Source of the DNA: a virus
Lineage: Duplodnaviria > Caudoviricetes
DNA: 60,411 nucleotides
Reading direction: 5' to 3' (one strand)
Virus record (IMG/VR): IMGVR_UViG_3300036781_000814
Coordinates: 1 to 60,411 of that record
Shown: piece after piece, positions 16,429 to 26,268 of the stretch
How the letters are laid out: every line of letters starts with the position of its first letter
Numbering within the stretch: position 1 is the first letter of the stretch
Translations under genes and position numbers: made by a program
The notes under the pieces: model-generated
The model's input: only the letters and a program-made list of their open reading frames with translations
Told to the model about the DNA's origin: nothing
The model's database searches: none

Positions 16429-16863
16429 ATGCCTACATGGATAACAGATGGGTCATTACCCAAAAAACCAGGCAATTATGTGTGTGAGGTTGAAATCGAA
16501 GAATTCGGGATAAAGTACTGGCCCGCAACCTACGCTTACTTTGATGGAGAATCTTGGTTTGACCTTAAGGCCTGCGGAATGAAGGCTACAAAGGTTCGCC
16601 GCTGGCTCGAAGAATCAGACTCCATCATCCATGCTAAGGGAGGGGCCGGCCAAAATGAACTCGCTCAAACATTCACCATCACCCGCCAGATAACCGTAAG
16701 CGCCGATAAGCTGCCTATGCCTCAGGCTACCTACGAGGCCCTGATCGATCAGGCTATCCGGCAGATCCTGTCCTTCCCGAACTGGACCAACTACAGCTGG
16801 GAGAACAGGACTGTTGAACCGGAAACCAAGGTCGACGACATTGATGCCGTCAACCTATTGTAA
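16429..16863 (+). CDS. Hypothetical protein (DUF551-like N-terminus)
   Basis: WI...LP...G.Y......AYFDGESW...V.RW pattern. Confidence 0.5.
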   Translation: MPTWITDGSLPKKPGNYVCEVEIEEFGIKYWPATYAYFDGESWFDLKACGMKATKVRRWLEESDSIIHAKGGAGQNELAQTFTITRQITVSADKLPMPQATYEALIDQAIRQILSFPNWTNYSWENRTVEPETKVDDIDAVNLL

Positions 16864-16895
16864 ACTATTAACCGTCAATACAAAACAATTCAATT

Positions 16896-17093
16896 ATGCC
16901 GATGAGCGAAGAGACTAAAAAGATACTGCGCGAAAAAGGACGCGAGGACCTGATCGAGATAATGGAAATAAAAGACGCGGGCTATGCCGGTGTCCTTTCC
17001 AACGGAAATATTGTCGATCGGCGAAAGCACCCCGAAGCAGTGCCTATGCAGGAGAATCAGCTATTGGGCATACCCAAACCAAAACCAGTATAG
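16896..17093 (+). CDS. Hypothetical protein
   Basis: 65-aa ORF with ATG in an AT-rich leader. Confidence 0.5.
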   Translation: MPMSEETKKILREKGREDLIEIMEIKDAGYAGVLSNGNIVDRRKHPEAVPMQENQLLGIPKPKPV

Positions 17094-17097
17094 CAAA

Positions 17098-17259
17098 ATG
17101 AAGAAACTATTATTAGCCTCCCTGATCTTCCTAACCAGCTGCGGACCAGCCCGTGACCTGAATGATCGCCCATGGAGAGCAACCCAGGTATGGCGCCGGG
17201 TAACGGCCGGCAACGGAAATAACAGTTTAAAACAAGTTCAATATCCACCACGACCATGA
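17098..17259 (+). CDS. Small lipoprotein (53 aa)
   Basis: MKKLLLASLIFLTSC lipobox. Confidence 0.6.
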   Translation: MKKLLLASLIFLTSCGPARDLNDRPWRATQVWRRVTAGNGNNSLKQVQYPPRP

Positions 17260-17606
17260 GTGAAATGAAAGTAATCATCGAAGGGGTTTGTATTTCATTG
17301 ACGCCGAGTCAAATAAATGCGATTACCAAAGAGAGGAAACGGCGGGAAAAGTGTCGAAGCTCCTTTGAAAAAATGCTTGTGCATTTTGGGTTCACCGGGG
17401 TGCCGGACCTGCCCAATTCTTTCGAGCATAAGGCCTGCGACTGGTATGCAGAAATAACTGACAGGGGTGGATGGAGTGATGTATGGATGGTGGGTCATGG
17501 CCTTCGACAAGGAAGATTTCCTGGAGGATGGATATATGACGATCCGGAAGAAATTGAAAAGGAAATTATTCGGGCCTTGGAGCAAACAGATTTTACAAAG
17601 CATTAA
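17256..17606 (+). CDS. Hypothetical protein
   Basis: ATGA-coupled 116-aa ORF. Confidence 0.55.
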   Translation: MSEMKVIIEGVCISLTPSQINAITKERKRREKCRSSFEKMLVHFGFTGVPDLPNSFEHKACDWYAEITDRGGWSDVWMVGHGLRQGRFPGGWIYDDPEEIEKEIIRALEQTDFTKH

Positions 17607-17617
17607 ACAAACAAATT

Positions 17618-17770
17618 ATGAACCCAGCCACACCCCGCCGCGCCTTACTGATCATCGGCGCTACTATCGCCGCGATCGTTATCCTGGCCGCCTGCCATCA
17701 CTTCTTTTACGACTGCCCGGCCTTTAACCCTATTATCGAACATTCTGAAATAAAGGAGGATAGCGTATGA
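17618..17770 (+). CDS. Small membrane protein or lipoprotein (50 aa)
   Basis: MNPATPRRALLIIGATIAAIVILAAC lipobox-like; read directly. Confidence 0.5.
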   Translation: MNPATPRRALLIIGATIAAIVILAACHHFFYDCPAFNPIIEHSEIKEDSV

Positions 17771-17774
17771 GGTT

Positions 17775-18035
17775 TCAGTCCATCAATCTCCGGTCAATCA
17801 GGTATTTTGTGAGCGCCCAACCTGTGGCCCGGAGGAAGGAATCCGCCGGCTCGTATGCGCGAGGCTCCCATGTGACACCTGCTCCGGGATAGAACCTCCA
17901 CATTGAGATAGTGCCGACCTGAGCATCGACAGTTTTATCAGATACGCGAATGTTGAAGCGCCCGTTGCCAATGTCCTGGCCGATAGCTTCGAAGGTCTCA
18001 GATTGAAAAGGAACGATAAAAGTAAAGGCGGTCAT
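17775..18035 (-). CDS. Hypothetical protein on the opposite strand (moron-like)
   Basis: 86-aa ORF in a gap with no long + strand ORF. Confidence 0.5.
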   Translation of the reverse strand: MTAFTFIVPFQSETFEAIGQDIGNGRFNIRVSDKTVDAQVGTISMWRFYPGAGVTWEPRAYEPADSFLRATGWALTKYLIDRRLMD

Positions 18036-18083
18036 GATGCATATTTTGCATCCAATGTAAACAATTAAAAATCAAATAGCAAG

Positions 18084-18320
18084 ATGAAAGCCTACATAAG
18101 CAAATACGCCCTGACGGCAGACGTCTATGAGGTGGAGGGCCGCTTGGATGGACTCGTATTTAGATACCAGCGGAAGGGCATCGAAGCGGCGCTGCTCTGG
18201 TGTGTGGAAGTCCATGCCACGAAAGAGCAAGCCGTATCAATGGCAGATCGCCGCCGGGATGACCGAATCAAGTCGTTGGAGAAACAGATTCATAAACTTA
18301 AAATGCTGGAATTCAAATGA
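18084..18320 (+). CDS. Hypothetical phage protein
   Basis: AYISKYALT...HATKEQAV..A..RR...IKSLEKQI.KL. Confidence 0.65.
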   Translation: MKAYISKYALTADVYEVEGRLDGLVFRYQRKGIEAALLWCVEVHATKEQAVSMADRRRDDRIKSLEKQIHKLKMLEFK

Positions 18321-18601
18321 ACAAGTCGAAACTGTTGTGCATCATTGACGGAACATGGGAAGAAGAAATAAGGGTTTTAGGGGGATTTGTCAAGTATTGG
18401 AAGGACTCCACCGGACCAGCCTATGGCGACATTGTAGCGAAAACCGGAAGCTTTCACGAAGGCGGCGACCTATACTACTTTCTTGAGGAATGGCCTCCGA
18501 AAGACGATACTGATGGATATTCGGCCGACTGCTTTATCCCCATCGAAGAAGAGAGTGAAACAGCAGAGTTCGCTATCGAAAGGGAAAATAAGACTATATG
18601 A
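18317..18601 (+). CDS. Hypothetical protein
   Basis: ATGA-coupled ORF. Confidence 0.55.
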   Translation: MNKSKLLCIIDGTWEEEIRVLGGFVKYWKDSTGPAYGDIVAKTGSFHEGGDLYYFLEEWPPKDDTDGYSADCFIPIEEESETAEFAIERENKTI

Positions 18602-18996
18602 AATCCAGAAACCAAACCATCCACCAGGCCCCGATCGGCATCCTCCTCACCATGGGCGCCCAGATCATATCTGCCAACGGAGGCCTGCGAAGTTTCGTCA
18701 CCCACTTCACCAACTGCTGCAGGGACGAGAATAGCGGCTTATGGCTCCAAAAGAGCAGAGCCTGCCCAACACAGGACATAGCACAGGTGTACCTCATTCT
18801 CTGCAATAGGATCTGGGCCAGGGTATACTTCGGTGGCTACAGCAAGGAGCCGACAACCGTATGGATGCTGGACGGGACAGAGCGCACCTTTCCGTACCCA
18901 CACATGATCCTTTCAGGTCCTATTGAGATGGCCCCGCGTAAAATGCCCATGCGCGGTTTTCAGGGATTCCGCTATGTCCACGAATCACTTTGGTAA
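18598..18996 (+). CDS. Hypothetical protein (possible ASCH-like C-terminus)
   Basis: ATGA-coupled; ends PMRGFQGFRY. Confidence 0.55.
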   Translation: MKSRNQTIHQAPIGILLTMGAQIISANGGLRSFVTHFTNCCRDENSGLWLQKSRACPTQDIAQVYLILCNRIWARVYFGGYSKEPTTVWMLDGTERTFPYPHMILSGPIEMAPRKMPMRGFQGFRYVHESLW

Positions 18997-19016
18997 CAAT
19001 TCTAAAAAAGCAATAT

Positions 19017-19316
19017 ATGTTTCGACTATTTAAAGGAAAGGAGCGAATGAAATTGATCGCAAAAAAGACGATCATCTATCAAGGGTATGAGATTATCATG
19101 GAGGTATTTGAGCTGAAATTATCCGAATGGTCAGCCACCATCCTCTATCGAATACGGTATACCGTAGCGGGCTATGAGCGAGATGAGGATGTCGATATTA
19201 CTCAGCTTCAAAGAATGCTGGACCGGCAACTCGACAGGGCTCGTACCTATGTCGAACGTCTGGTGGGCAAAAAAGGCCTGGAATCTATCGCTCTGGAGTG
19301 GTTAAACAAACAATAA
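19017..19316 (+). CDS. Hypothetical protein
   Basis: TAATG-coupled to the ATPase; start uncertain. Confidence 0.5.
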   Translation: MFRLFKGKERMKLIAKKTIIYQGYEIIMEVFELKLSEWSATILYRIRYTVAGYERDEDVDITQLQRMLDRQLDRARTYVERLVGKKGLESIALEWLNKQ

Positions 19317-21112
19317 TGCAAGACAAAACCATTAACATTGGCATCAGCTGCCATCTTCAACGGCTTATCGAGACATGCGCCCTTGTTCAAGCCTCGCGCG
19401 GTGGAGGCAAATCCTACCTTGTCCGGAAAATGGATGAGGAGATAAGCGGGCACTGCCAGCAAATCATCATAGATCTTGAGGGTGAATTTGTTTCCCTTCG
19501 AGAAAAATTCCCATTTGCTCTTCTTTCCGTGGAGGGAGGTGATATTCCGCTGAATATACGCCACGCCGGAACCTATGCCCGTAAGTTCATGGAAAGCAAC
19601 ATGTCGGTGATCATCGACTTATCTGACCTGATGCCGGCTGATAGGATCCTCTTCGTGCGCGACTTCTGCCATGCGCTGATGAATCTCCCCAAGCACCTAT
19701 ATCATCCCCTTCTGGTGTATATCGACGAGGCGCATGTCTTTTGTCCACAGGACGAGAGTGCTATCTCTTACGCCTCCATAATAGATATGGCTGCCAGGGG
19801 AAGGAAGAGGGATATCGGGCTGGTCCTGTCCACCCAGCGCGTAAGTAAGCTGCACAAGGACGTGACAGCCGAACTGCTCAATAAGGTTATCGGCAGGACC
19901 GGCCAGGACATTGATCAGGCTCGTGCCGCAAAGGAGCTGGACTGGAAACAATCAGACAAGACCCTACTCCGCAAGCTCGAGCCCGGCGATTTCTATTGTT
20001 TTGGGCCGGCATTCCAGGAGGAAACGGTTAAATTCCACGTCGCTCCTGTTGCCACCTCCCACAAAAAGACTGGCTCCATGGGTACCGTAACCCCACCGAC
20101 GCCCGATGCCATCAAAGCGATGCTGCAATCTCTCCAGGATCTACCAGAAGAAGCCGAACGCGAGCTGGAGACTAACGAGCAGCTGCGCAATGAGGTTACC
20201 CGGCTTACAGCTCAGTTGAAAAAGGGTATTATTTCGCGGCCCGACAATAGCGAGGAGATAGGGCGGCTGAAAGGGGAAATCAACACAAGGGACGAAGTAA
20301 TAAATTCGATGACAATCGTCATCGACCGGCTTGAAAGCATACTTTCTGAGATCAAAGACTTGGCCGATAAGCATGCAATATCTATTCCCGGAACCTTTCA
20401 ATCTCAGGCAATGCGTTCCGGTCCTGAGCATCCATTCGAGCCTGCTATTGTTGGGGATACACTTGGGCTCTATGCGACGATCAAATCTTCTATGCCGCGC
20501 CATGCTCCCGGCTCATCTGCTCCAACGCTCCTCGATAATGAAATCGAAGCGGTCGAGGCGGAGAAGATGCGTCTCGATCAACAGCTGCGTACCCCGCGGG
20601 TGAAGTCACTATCACCTGGCTTGCAAAGTGGAGTCAGTCCGATCGGTAAATGCGCCCGCGCGATCTTGCACTTCCTGGCTTCCCATAACCGGGAGTTCAG
20701 CAAGGCGCAAATCTCTGTGGCGACAGGTTACTCTGCGACATCCAGCAGCTTTAATAATGCCCTGGGGGAGCTGAATACCAAAGGCCTTATTATCCGCGGC
20801 TCAAAAATAAAGGCAAACCGGGACAATCTTGCTGCCATTACCGAGGCGGTCGGAGCGGTGAAAAAGCAGCCATATAATATTGCCACTTTCAAGGATAAGC
20901 TCAGCAAATGTGAAGGCGAGATATACGACATCCTTTTGGCGAACCCTCGCGGCAAATTCTCGAAAGAGTCCCTTGCTGGCAAGACACCCAGTAGCTATTC
21001 GCCAACGTCGAGCAGTTTCAGTAACGCCCTCGGTCGCTTAAATACGCTTGAGTTGATCAGCAGGGATAAAGGGGTAATTACCCTCAATCCTGAATTACTG
21101 GAACTACTATGA
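19316..21112 (+). CDS. HerA/FtsK-like (DUF87) P-loop ATPase with coiled coil and two C-terminal wHTH-like repeats
   Basis: ASRGGGKS Walker A, IIDLEGEF, VYIDEAH Walker B, RGRKRDIGLVLSTQR. Confidence 0.85.
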   Translation: MQDKTINIGISCHLQRLIETCALVQASRGGGKSYLVRKMDEEISGHCQQIIIDLEGEFVSLREKFPFALLSVEGGDIPLNIRHAGTYARKFMESNMSVIIDLSDLMPADRILFVRDFCHALMNLPKHLYHPLLVYIDEAHVFCPQDESAISYASIIDMAARGRKRDIGLVLSTQRVSKLHKDVTAELLNKVIGRTGQDIDQARAAKELDWKQSDKTLLRKLEPGDFYCFGPAFQEETVKFHVAPVATSHKKTGSMGTVTPPTPDAIKAMLQSLQDLPEEAERELETNEQLRNEVTRLTAQLKKGIISRPDNSEEIGRLKGEINTRDEVINSMTIVIDRLESILSEIKDLADKHAISIPGTFQSQAMRSGPEHPFEPAIVGDTLGLYATIKSSMPRHAPGSSAPTLLDNEIEAVEAEKMRLDQQLRTPRVKSLSPGLQSGVSPIGKCARAILHFLASHNREFSKAQISVATGYSATSSSFNNALGELNTKGLIIRGSKIKANRDNLAAITEAVGAVKKQPYNIATFKDKLSKCEGEIYDILLANPRGKFSKESLAGKTPSSYSPTSSSFSNALGRLNTLELISRDKGVITLNPELLELL

Positions 21113-21468
21113 CGGCAATATCCGATATCGCCTTAGCCATAAGGAAAAGGCGCTTCCCGCTGCATGACGAAAAGCAGCTGCAGAAAGAAATCGGCGAGGC
21201 CCTGGCATCTATCATACAAGGCGGTACCCTGAGCCGTGAGTTTGTCCTGGATAGGAATAACATCATTGACTTCTTCGTCGATCCTGGTATCGGCATCGAG
21301 GTGAAGATCAAAGGATCAAAGCGAGACATTTTCCGACAGTGCACCAGGTACTGCCAATTTGATATAGTGAAATCTCTAATTCTCATTACCAACCTTAGCA
21401 TGGGCTTTCCCGAACAGATAAACGGGAAGGACTGCTATGTGATAAAACTCGGCACAGCATGGCTTTAA
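21109..21468 (+). CDS. PD-(D/E)xK nuclease-like protein
   Basis: E.QLQ..I, IIDFFVDPGIGIEVK, Q..RY. Confidence 0.6.
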   Translation: MTAISDIALAIRKRRFPLHDEKQLQKEIGEALASIIQGGTLSREFVLDRNNIIDFFVDPGIGIEVKIKGSKRDIFRQCTRYCQFDIVKSLILITNLSMGFPEQINGKDCYVIKLGTAWL

Positions 21469-23123
21469 AGACTTTCGGCAATCTACGGTATCATCCGGAC
21501 GAGAACAGGTGGGGACTGCATGACCTCAAACCCCACGTCTGCATTAAGCTAAAGGCATTGTTTCCCAAGATTGGGAAAGGGGCAATAGCACCCTTCTTTT
21601 TCCAAAATACCCCCGAGATCTGCCACGATCTGCTTTGGTTTATCGATCGCTACCCACTGGCTGCTGCCGACGATGACCTGGACCGGTTAATGGATGGTCG
21701 TAATCAGCAGCGTGCGACGGTGGCGGCCCTGGAAAGCATCCTAATGCCTGATTATGATCCGCCGATGATCACCCTTAAGCCCGGGTTCACACCGCGCAAC
21801 TATCAGCTGCAGGCCGCCCGGTTCGATGCAGTGCAAAAGCGCTGGCTCTGTGGTGACGATCTTGGACTGGGAAAGACCTTGGAAGCGATCCTTGCTCTGA
21901 GGAACCAGGCTAAGCTGCCGGCGCTGGTATGCGTACAGACTCACTTACCAAAGCAGTGGAAGGAAGAAGGGATTGAAAAGTTTACCGACCTGCGCACACA
22001 TATCATCAAAGGGACGAAGCCCTACAGCCTTCCGGAAGCCGACGTATACATTATAAAATACTCCTGTCTGTCGGGGTGGGTAGATGTATTTCAAACGGGC
22101 TTTTTTAAGTCTGTCACCTTTGATGAGATCCAGGAGCTGCGGATAACGGGCAGCGACAAGTACTGCGCTGCGAAAGTTCTTTGTGAAAATGTCGAATACG
22201 TTCTGGGGATGTCGGCCACTCCGATTTATAATTATGGGGACGAGATCTTCAATGTGCTCGACCTGATCAATCCCGGCTGTCTGGGCAATCTCGACGACTT
22301 TCTTAGGGAATGGTCAGGCAGCTGGGGCAGGCATGCGAAAATAAACGATCCGATAGCGTTGGGTTCTTATCTCCGGGACAATTATCTATTCCTTCGACGC
22401 ACCCGGGCGCAAGTAGGCCGTGAGCTGCCGCAGGTCAATAAGATAGTCCATACGGTCGGGTATGATAGCGGAGAGGTGAAGAAGTCTCAGGATATCGCCC
22501 GTCAACTGGCGATGAAGGTGATCGGCGGATCCTTTATGGAACGTGGTCAGGCAGCCCGGGAACTTGATTCCCTGCTCCGGCATCAGACGGGCGTATCAAA
22601 GGCGCGCGAGGTCGCCGCGTTTGTCAGGATCCTGCTGGACAACAATGAACCCGTGCTGTTGGCTGGATGGCACCGGGATGTCTATGATATTTGGATGGCA
22701 GAGTTGCAGGAGTTTAAGCCTGTCATGTATACTGGCAGCGAAACGCCAAGGCAAAAGGAGCTTGCAAAGCACGCCTTTATTACCGGCGAGACCAACCTTT
22801 TTATCATCAGCCTGCGGTCGGGTGTCGGCCTCGACGGCCTGCAGCAGCGATGCAAGACGGTCGTGATTGGAGAGCTGGACTGGTCGCCAATGGTCCATAC
22901 TCAGCTGATCGGCCGAGTCGATCGGGAGGGGCAGGAGAACCAGGTTACAGCCTATTTCCCCGTCAGCGAGTTTGGGTCGGACCCAGTTATTATCGATCTG
23001 CTGGGACTGAAGTCCTCCCAGGCTCACGGGATCATCGACCCGCTGACGGCCATCCCGGAACAATTCAGCGACGAGAGCAGGATAAAGCTTTTGGCGCAAT
23101 CATATTTAAACAACAAGCTGTGA
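21459..23123 (+). CDS. SNF2-family helicase/ATPase
   Basis: GDDLGLGKT, FDEIQ, MSATP, FLRRT, SGVGLDGLQ, QLIGRVDREGQ. Confidence 0.92.
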   Translation: MALKTFGNLRYHPDENRWGLHDLKPHVCIKLKALFPKIGKGAIAPFFFQNTPEICHDLLWFIDRYPLAAADDDLDRLMDGRNQQRATVAALESILMPDYDPPMITLKPGFTPRNYQLQAARFDAVQKRWLCGDDLGLGKTLEAILALRNQAKLPALVCVQTHLPKQWKEEGIEKFTDLRTHIIKGTKPYSLPEADVYIIKYSCLSGWVDVFQTGFFKSVTFDEIQELRITGSDKYCAAKVLCENVEYVLGMSATPIYNYGDEIFNVLDLINPGCLGNLDDFLREWSGSWGRHAKINDPIALGSYLRDNYLFLRRTRAQVGRELPQVNKIVHTVGYDSGEVKKSQDIARQLAMKVIGGSFMERGQAARELDSLLRHQTGVSKAREVAAFVRILLDNNEPVLLAGWHRDVYDIWMAELQEFKPVMYTGSETPRQKELAKHAFITGETNLFIISLRSGVGLDGLQQRCKTVVIGELDWSPMVHTQLIGRVDREGQENQVTAYFPVSEFGSDPVIIDLLGLKSSQAHGIIDPLTAIPEQFSDESRIKLLAQSYLNNKL

Positions 23124-23227
23124 GTGTGGACGCAGGGTATTTTGTAGTTATTAAAGCATGAACTATCTTGCTATTAATAAAGGTAACACATTGTGTTTTA
23201 CCTGATTTATTAAGGAGACACTTTTCA

Positions 23228-23806
23228 ATGGCCGCCCCTAAAGGCAATCAATTTTGGAAGCTGCGCTCAGAGCATGGGCGTGAAAAGCTTTTTGCAAGCC
23301 CTGATCTTCTCTGGGAGGCTGCTCAGCAATATTTCAACTGGTGTGATGGGCATCCCTGGTATATGGTGGAGGCAGCTCGCCAGGGTGCGCGCCTCACTAA
23401 AACCAAAGACGGGCAATACAAGGAACCGGATAAACTACTGAAAATTCCTACAGTAATTCCTTATACGCTTACAGGCTTCTGTCTGTACATTGACGCCAGT
23501 AAATACTATTGGGGAAATTTCCGCAAGCAATTGCATAAGGCGTTGGATAATAACAAGAACGACAAGTTATCTGAAGATTTTATTGGGATCATAGACCGTA
23601 TTGAGCTCATAATTGAAACGCAAAAGTTCACCGGCGTTGCCGTTGGTGCATTCAAAGGCAATATCATTTCGAGCGAGATGGGCGCTGCTGCTAAAATTGA
23701 GGTGCGCCAGGTGGATAAAGAAGGCAATGATGTCAAGGCGCCGCCGGCTCTGAATATTGTTGTACAAAGGGCCGCTGCGCCGATCGCCGAGTCGGAGGAG
23801 GAATGA
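23228..23806 (+). CDS. terS: Terminase small subunit (P22 gp3-like)
   Basis: MAAPKGNQFWKLRSEHGREKLF..P..LWEAA..YF.W; upstream of TerL. Confidence 0.88.
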   Translation: MAAPKGNQFWKLRSEHGREKLFASPDLLWEAAQQYFNWCDGHPWYMVEAARQGARLTKTKDGQYKEPDKLLKIPTVIPYTLTGFCLYIDASKYYWGNFRKQLHKALDNNKNDKLSEDFIGIIDRIELIIETQKFTGVAVGAFKGNIISSEMGAAAKIEVRQVDKEGNDVKAPPALNIVVQRAAAPIAESEEE

Positions 23807-24972
23807 CGACCGGCCCACTCTTCAAAAAATTAATAGAATGCCTCAGAAGGATTGTTGTATGCCAGGGCGGTGGTGATGCTGGTAAGACGGTTGCTATCCT
23901 GCAACTGTTCGCTACAAAAGCCATCACTGAACCCGGGAGCATATTGACAGTAGACGGCGAGGACATCCCCAATTTGAAAGCCGGAGCCCTGCGGACGTTT
24001 CAACGATATGTAATTCCTGATCCGGAGATAGCCTCTTACCTAGTGAGCTATAATAAGACCGAACGCGTCTATACCTTTAAGGGAGGCAGCATCATTGAGT
24101 TTGTCAGTTTCGAAGATGAGCAGGACGCCCGCGGATCCGAGCGCGACTACCTATATATTAATGAGGCCAACAGCCGGACCTATTCCTATTTCTGGCAATT
24201 GCAGCGTAAGACCCGCAAGCAGGTATTCATTGACTATAATCCGACATCTGCCTTCTGGTGCCACGAAAAGCTGCTGGATAGGGCAACCATCGAAAAGCAG
24301 TTCATTGGCCAGGTCCAGCTATTCATTACCGATCACCGGCACAATCCCTTCCTCAGCCAGGAAGAACACAATAATTACGAGAACATCGGGGATCCGGAGC
24401 TGTTCCAGGTGTATTCCCGCGGCAAGACCGGCAAGGTTAAGGGCCTCATCTTCGCCCACTTCAAGAAAATCGAGGTGTTCCCTATTGATATTGACCGTAT
24501 TATATGGGGGATTGACTACGGGTATACAAACGATCCGACGGCGCTGGTGAAAATCGGCGTGAAGCAGCGGAAGCGGTACCATCATGAATGCTGCTATGAG
24601 CCTGGCATCACCGCTGACCGCCTGCAGGAGATACTCGTTCTTAATGGGTATCAAAGCGACCAGGACATTTACAGCGAAGCCGATCCTAACATGATCAACC
24701 AGCTCCGAGTGCTGGGGCTTTCTGTTTACCCAGCCATCAAAGGTCCTGGCAGCCTGATCGCCAGCATATCCAAGGTTAAGGAGTTTGAATGCTTTTATAC
24801 AGCCACGTCCGTCAACTTCGAAAAAGAGATCAATACCTGGAAGTGGATGATCGCAGAGGACGTGCTCACCGGCAAAAAAGTGATGACCAATGTTCCTATT
24901 GACGGCAACGACCACTGCTGCGCAGCTTCCCGGTATGGTATATATACGGATAGTTTCCGGGGCGCCGCATAG
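23803..24972 (+). CDS. terL: Terminase large subunit (PBSX-like)
   Basis: QGGGDAGKT, YINEAN, DYNPT, GIDYGYTNDPTA, DGNDHCCAASRY. Confidence 0.92.
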   Translation: MTTGPLFKKLIECLRRIVVCQGGGDAGKTVAILQLFATKAITEPGSILTVDGEDIPNLKAGALRTFQRYVIPDPEIASYLVSYNKTERVYTFKGGSIIEFVSFEDEQDARGSERDYLYINEANSRTYSYFWQLQRKTRKQVFIDYNPTSAFWCHEKLLDRATIEKQFIGQVQLFITDHRHNPFLSQEEHNNYENIGDPELFQVYSRGKTGKVKGLIFAHFKKIEVFPIDIDRIIWGIDYGYTNDPTALVKIGVKQRKRYHHECCYEPGITADRLQEILVLNGYQSDQDIYSEADPNMINQLRVLGLSVYPAIKGPGSLIASISKVKEFECFYTATSVNFEKEINTWKWMIAEDVLTGKKVMTNVPIDGNDHCCAASRYGIYTDSFRGAA

Positions 24973-25013
24973 GTATTCTATGCGATTTGCAGGGTAAACA
25001 TTAATTTTGAGAT

Positions 25014-25289
25014 ATGCCAGAGAGATACAATTTTGTAACCGACAACCTCGGTGACCGAGCAAAGGCCATTGAGGCAATTGCCGAGCTAAACGAGTTCGCC
25101 AACAATGTAATGCTGCACGAGTTTGAGCGGTATGACCGTAAGCCAGGCTATTTTATAACCGGCCAAAGCATAGAAGTTGATAGCAATGCCGGGTGCTATG
25201 AACTGATCGCCATGTGCCAGGCTCATGAATTGGCAGCAGTTTTTATTAATGGGCCTTCGGAAATGGGGATTATAAAATCAAGTGTATGA
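25014..25289 (+). CDS. Hypothetical protein
   Basis: 91-aa ORF. Confidence 0.5.
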   Translation: MPERYNFVTDNLGDRAKAIEAIAELNEFANNVMLHEFERYDRKPGYFITGQSIEVDSNAGCYELIAMCQAHELAAVFINGPSEMGIIKSSV

Positions 25290-25678
25290 TAAAAGCGTCG
25301 GAATTGAGGATCGGAAATCTTATAGAGGGCAAGCGCGGCGAGGTCCTTACTGTTAGTGGCTCAATGATAGATTTGCTCAGTAGAAAGGACGGCGACCCGA
25401 GGGGAACTGTCGATGAACGCGTTGAACCCATCCCCCTTACCGAAGAGTGGCTGGAAAGGATAGGGTTTATTAAGGGTACAGCAATGACCGACAGAAAAGT
25501 GTTTTACTCATCAGGATCGCACTCGGTCATACATTCCGTCAATCTTTCCGGGAGCGTAATGATTCATCGTGCTGGAGACAAGATGGTCCTTGACAGTCAT
25601 ATCGAATACGTCCACCAGCTCCAAAACCTTTACTTCGCCCTGACTGGTGAAGAGTTAACAATAAAAGAAACAGCATGA
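25286..25678 (+). CDS. Conserved Bacteroidota-phage hypothetical protein
   Basis: ELRIGN...PIPLTEEWL..IGF...YVHQLQNLYFALTGEEL. Confidence 0.7.
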   Translation: MIKASELRIGNLIEGKRGEVLTVSGSMIDLLSRKDGDPRGTVDERVEPIPLTEEWLERIGFIKGTAMTDRKVFYSSGSHSVIHSVNLSGSVMIHRAGDKMVLDSHIEYVHQLQNLYFALTGEELTIKETA

Positions 25679-25884
25679 GCTGCGCCGGCCATACCTGCCC
25701 AAAGTGTCATGAATGCCATCTGACATACCTCCGTCTCTCCGATGAATGGGAGAAACGACTTATAAGTAAATGGGGGCAAGGTTTATGCGAACTTTGTAAG
25801 CGTGGAATCATGATGGATAACATACGTGCCGGCTTGGCACTTGCCTGGGATTTACCAGGCCATGTCACAACTAATGCTCGTTGA
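25675..25884 (+). CDS. Small zinc-binding hypothetical protein
   Basis: CPKC..CELC. Confidence 0.45.
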   Translation: MSCAGHTCPKCHECHLTYLRLSDEWEKRLISKWGQGLCELCKRGIMMDNIRAGLALAWDLPGHVTTNAR

Positions 25885-25967
25885 ACAAATTAGGTCTTTA
25901 TCAATATCAAAAAATAAACTGCGAAAATCTTTAGTCGGTAAAAATTTCATGTATTTTTATTATCAGA

Positions 25968-26177
25968 ATGCCTCAGAATCAAAAGATAATCGAGAAGCCC
26001 ATTCACTGCATAAGCTGTGGAAAGGTTATCGCTAAGGGCCACATGAAGTTAGGGAGTATGGAGATTACGTGTAAGTGTGGAGTGAAGAACCGTATTGAGG
26101 CTGATACTAAACCCGAGGGCCGCGTTATACCGCAACGGACAACGGTCGTAAGTGTTCTTACGAATCGTTTGCGTTAG
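25968..26177 (+). CDS. Mu Com-like zinc-ribbon protein
   Basis: IHCISCGKVIAKG...MEITCKCGVKNRI. Confidence 0.6.
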   Translation: MPQNQKIIEKPIHCISCGKVIAKGHMKLGSMEITCKCGVKNRIEADTKPEGRVIPQRTTVVSVLTNRLR

Positions 26178-26224
26178 AGCTCCAGTGTTGTCGATTACAA
26201 ATTAAGTTGCGCCAAATATAATTG

Positions 26225-26262
26225 AGCGCCAACATCACCAAACGGTGATGTTGGCGCTTTTT
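26225..26262 (+). terminator. 15-bp perfect hairpin with T-tract upstream of the head genes
   Basis: AGCGCCAACATCACC-AAAC-GGTGATGTTGGCGCT-TTTT. Confidence 0.7.
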
Positions 26263-26268
26263 GCATTT

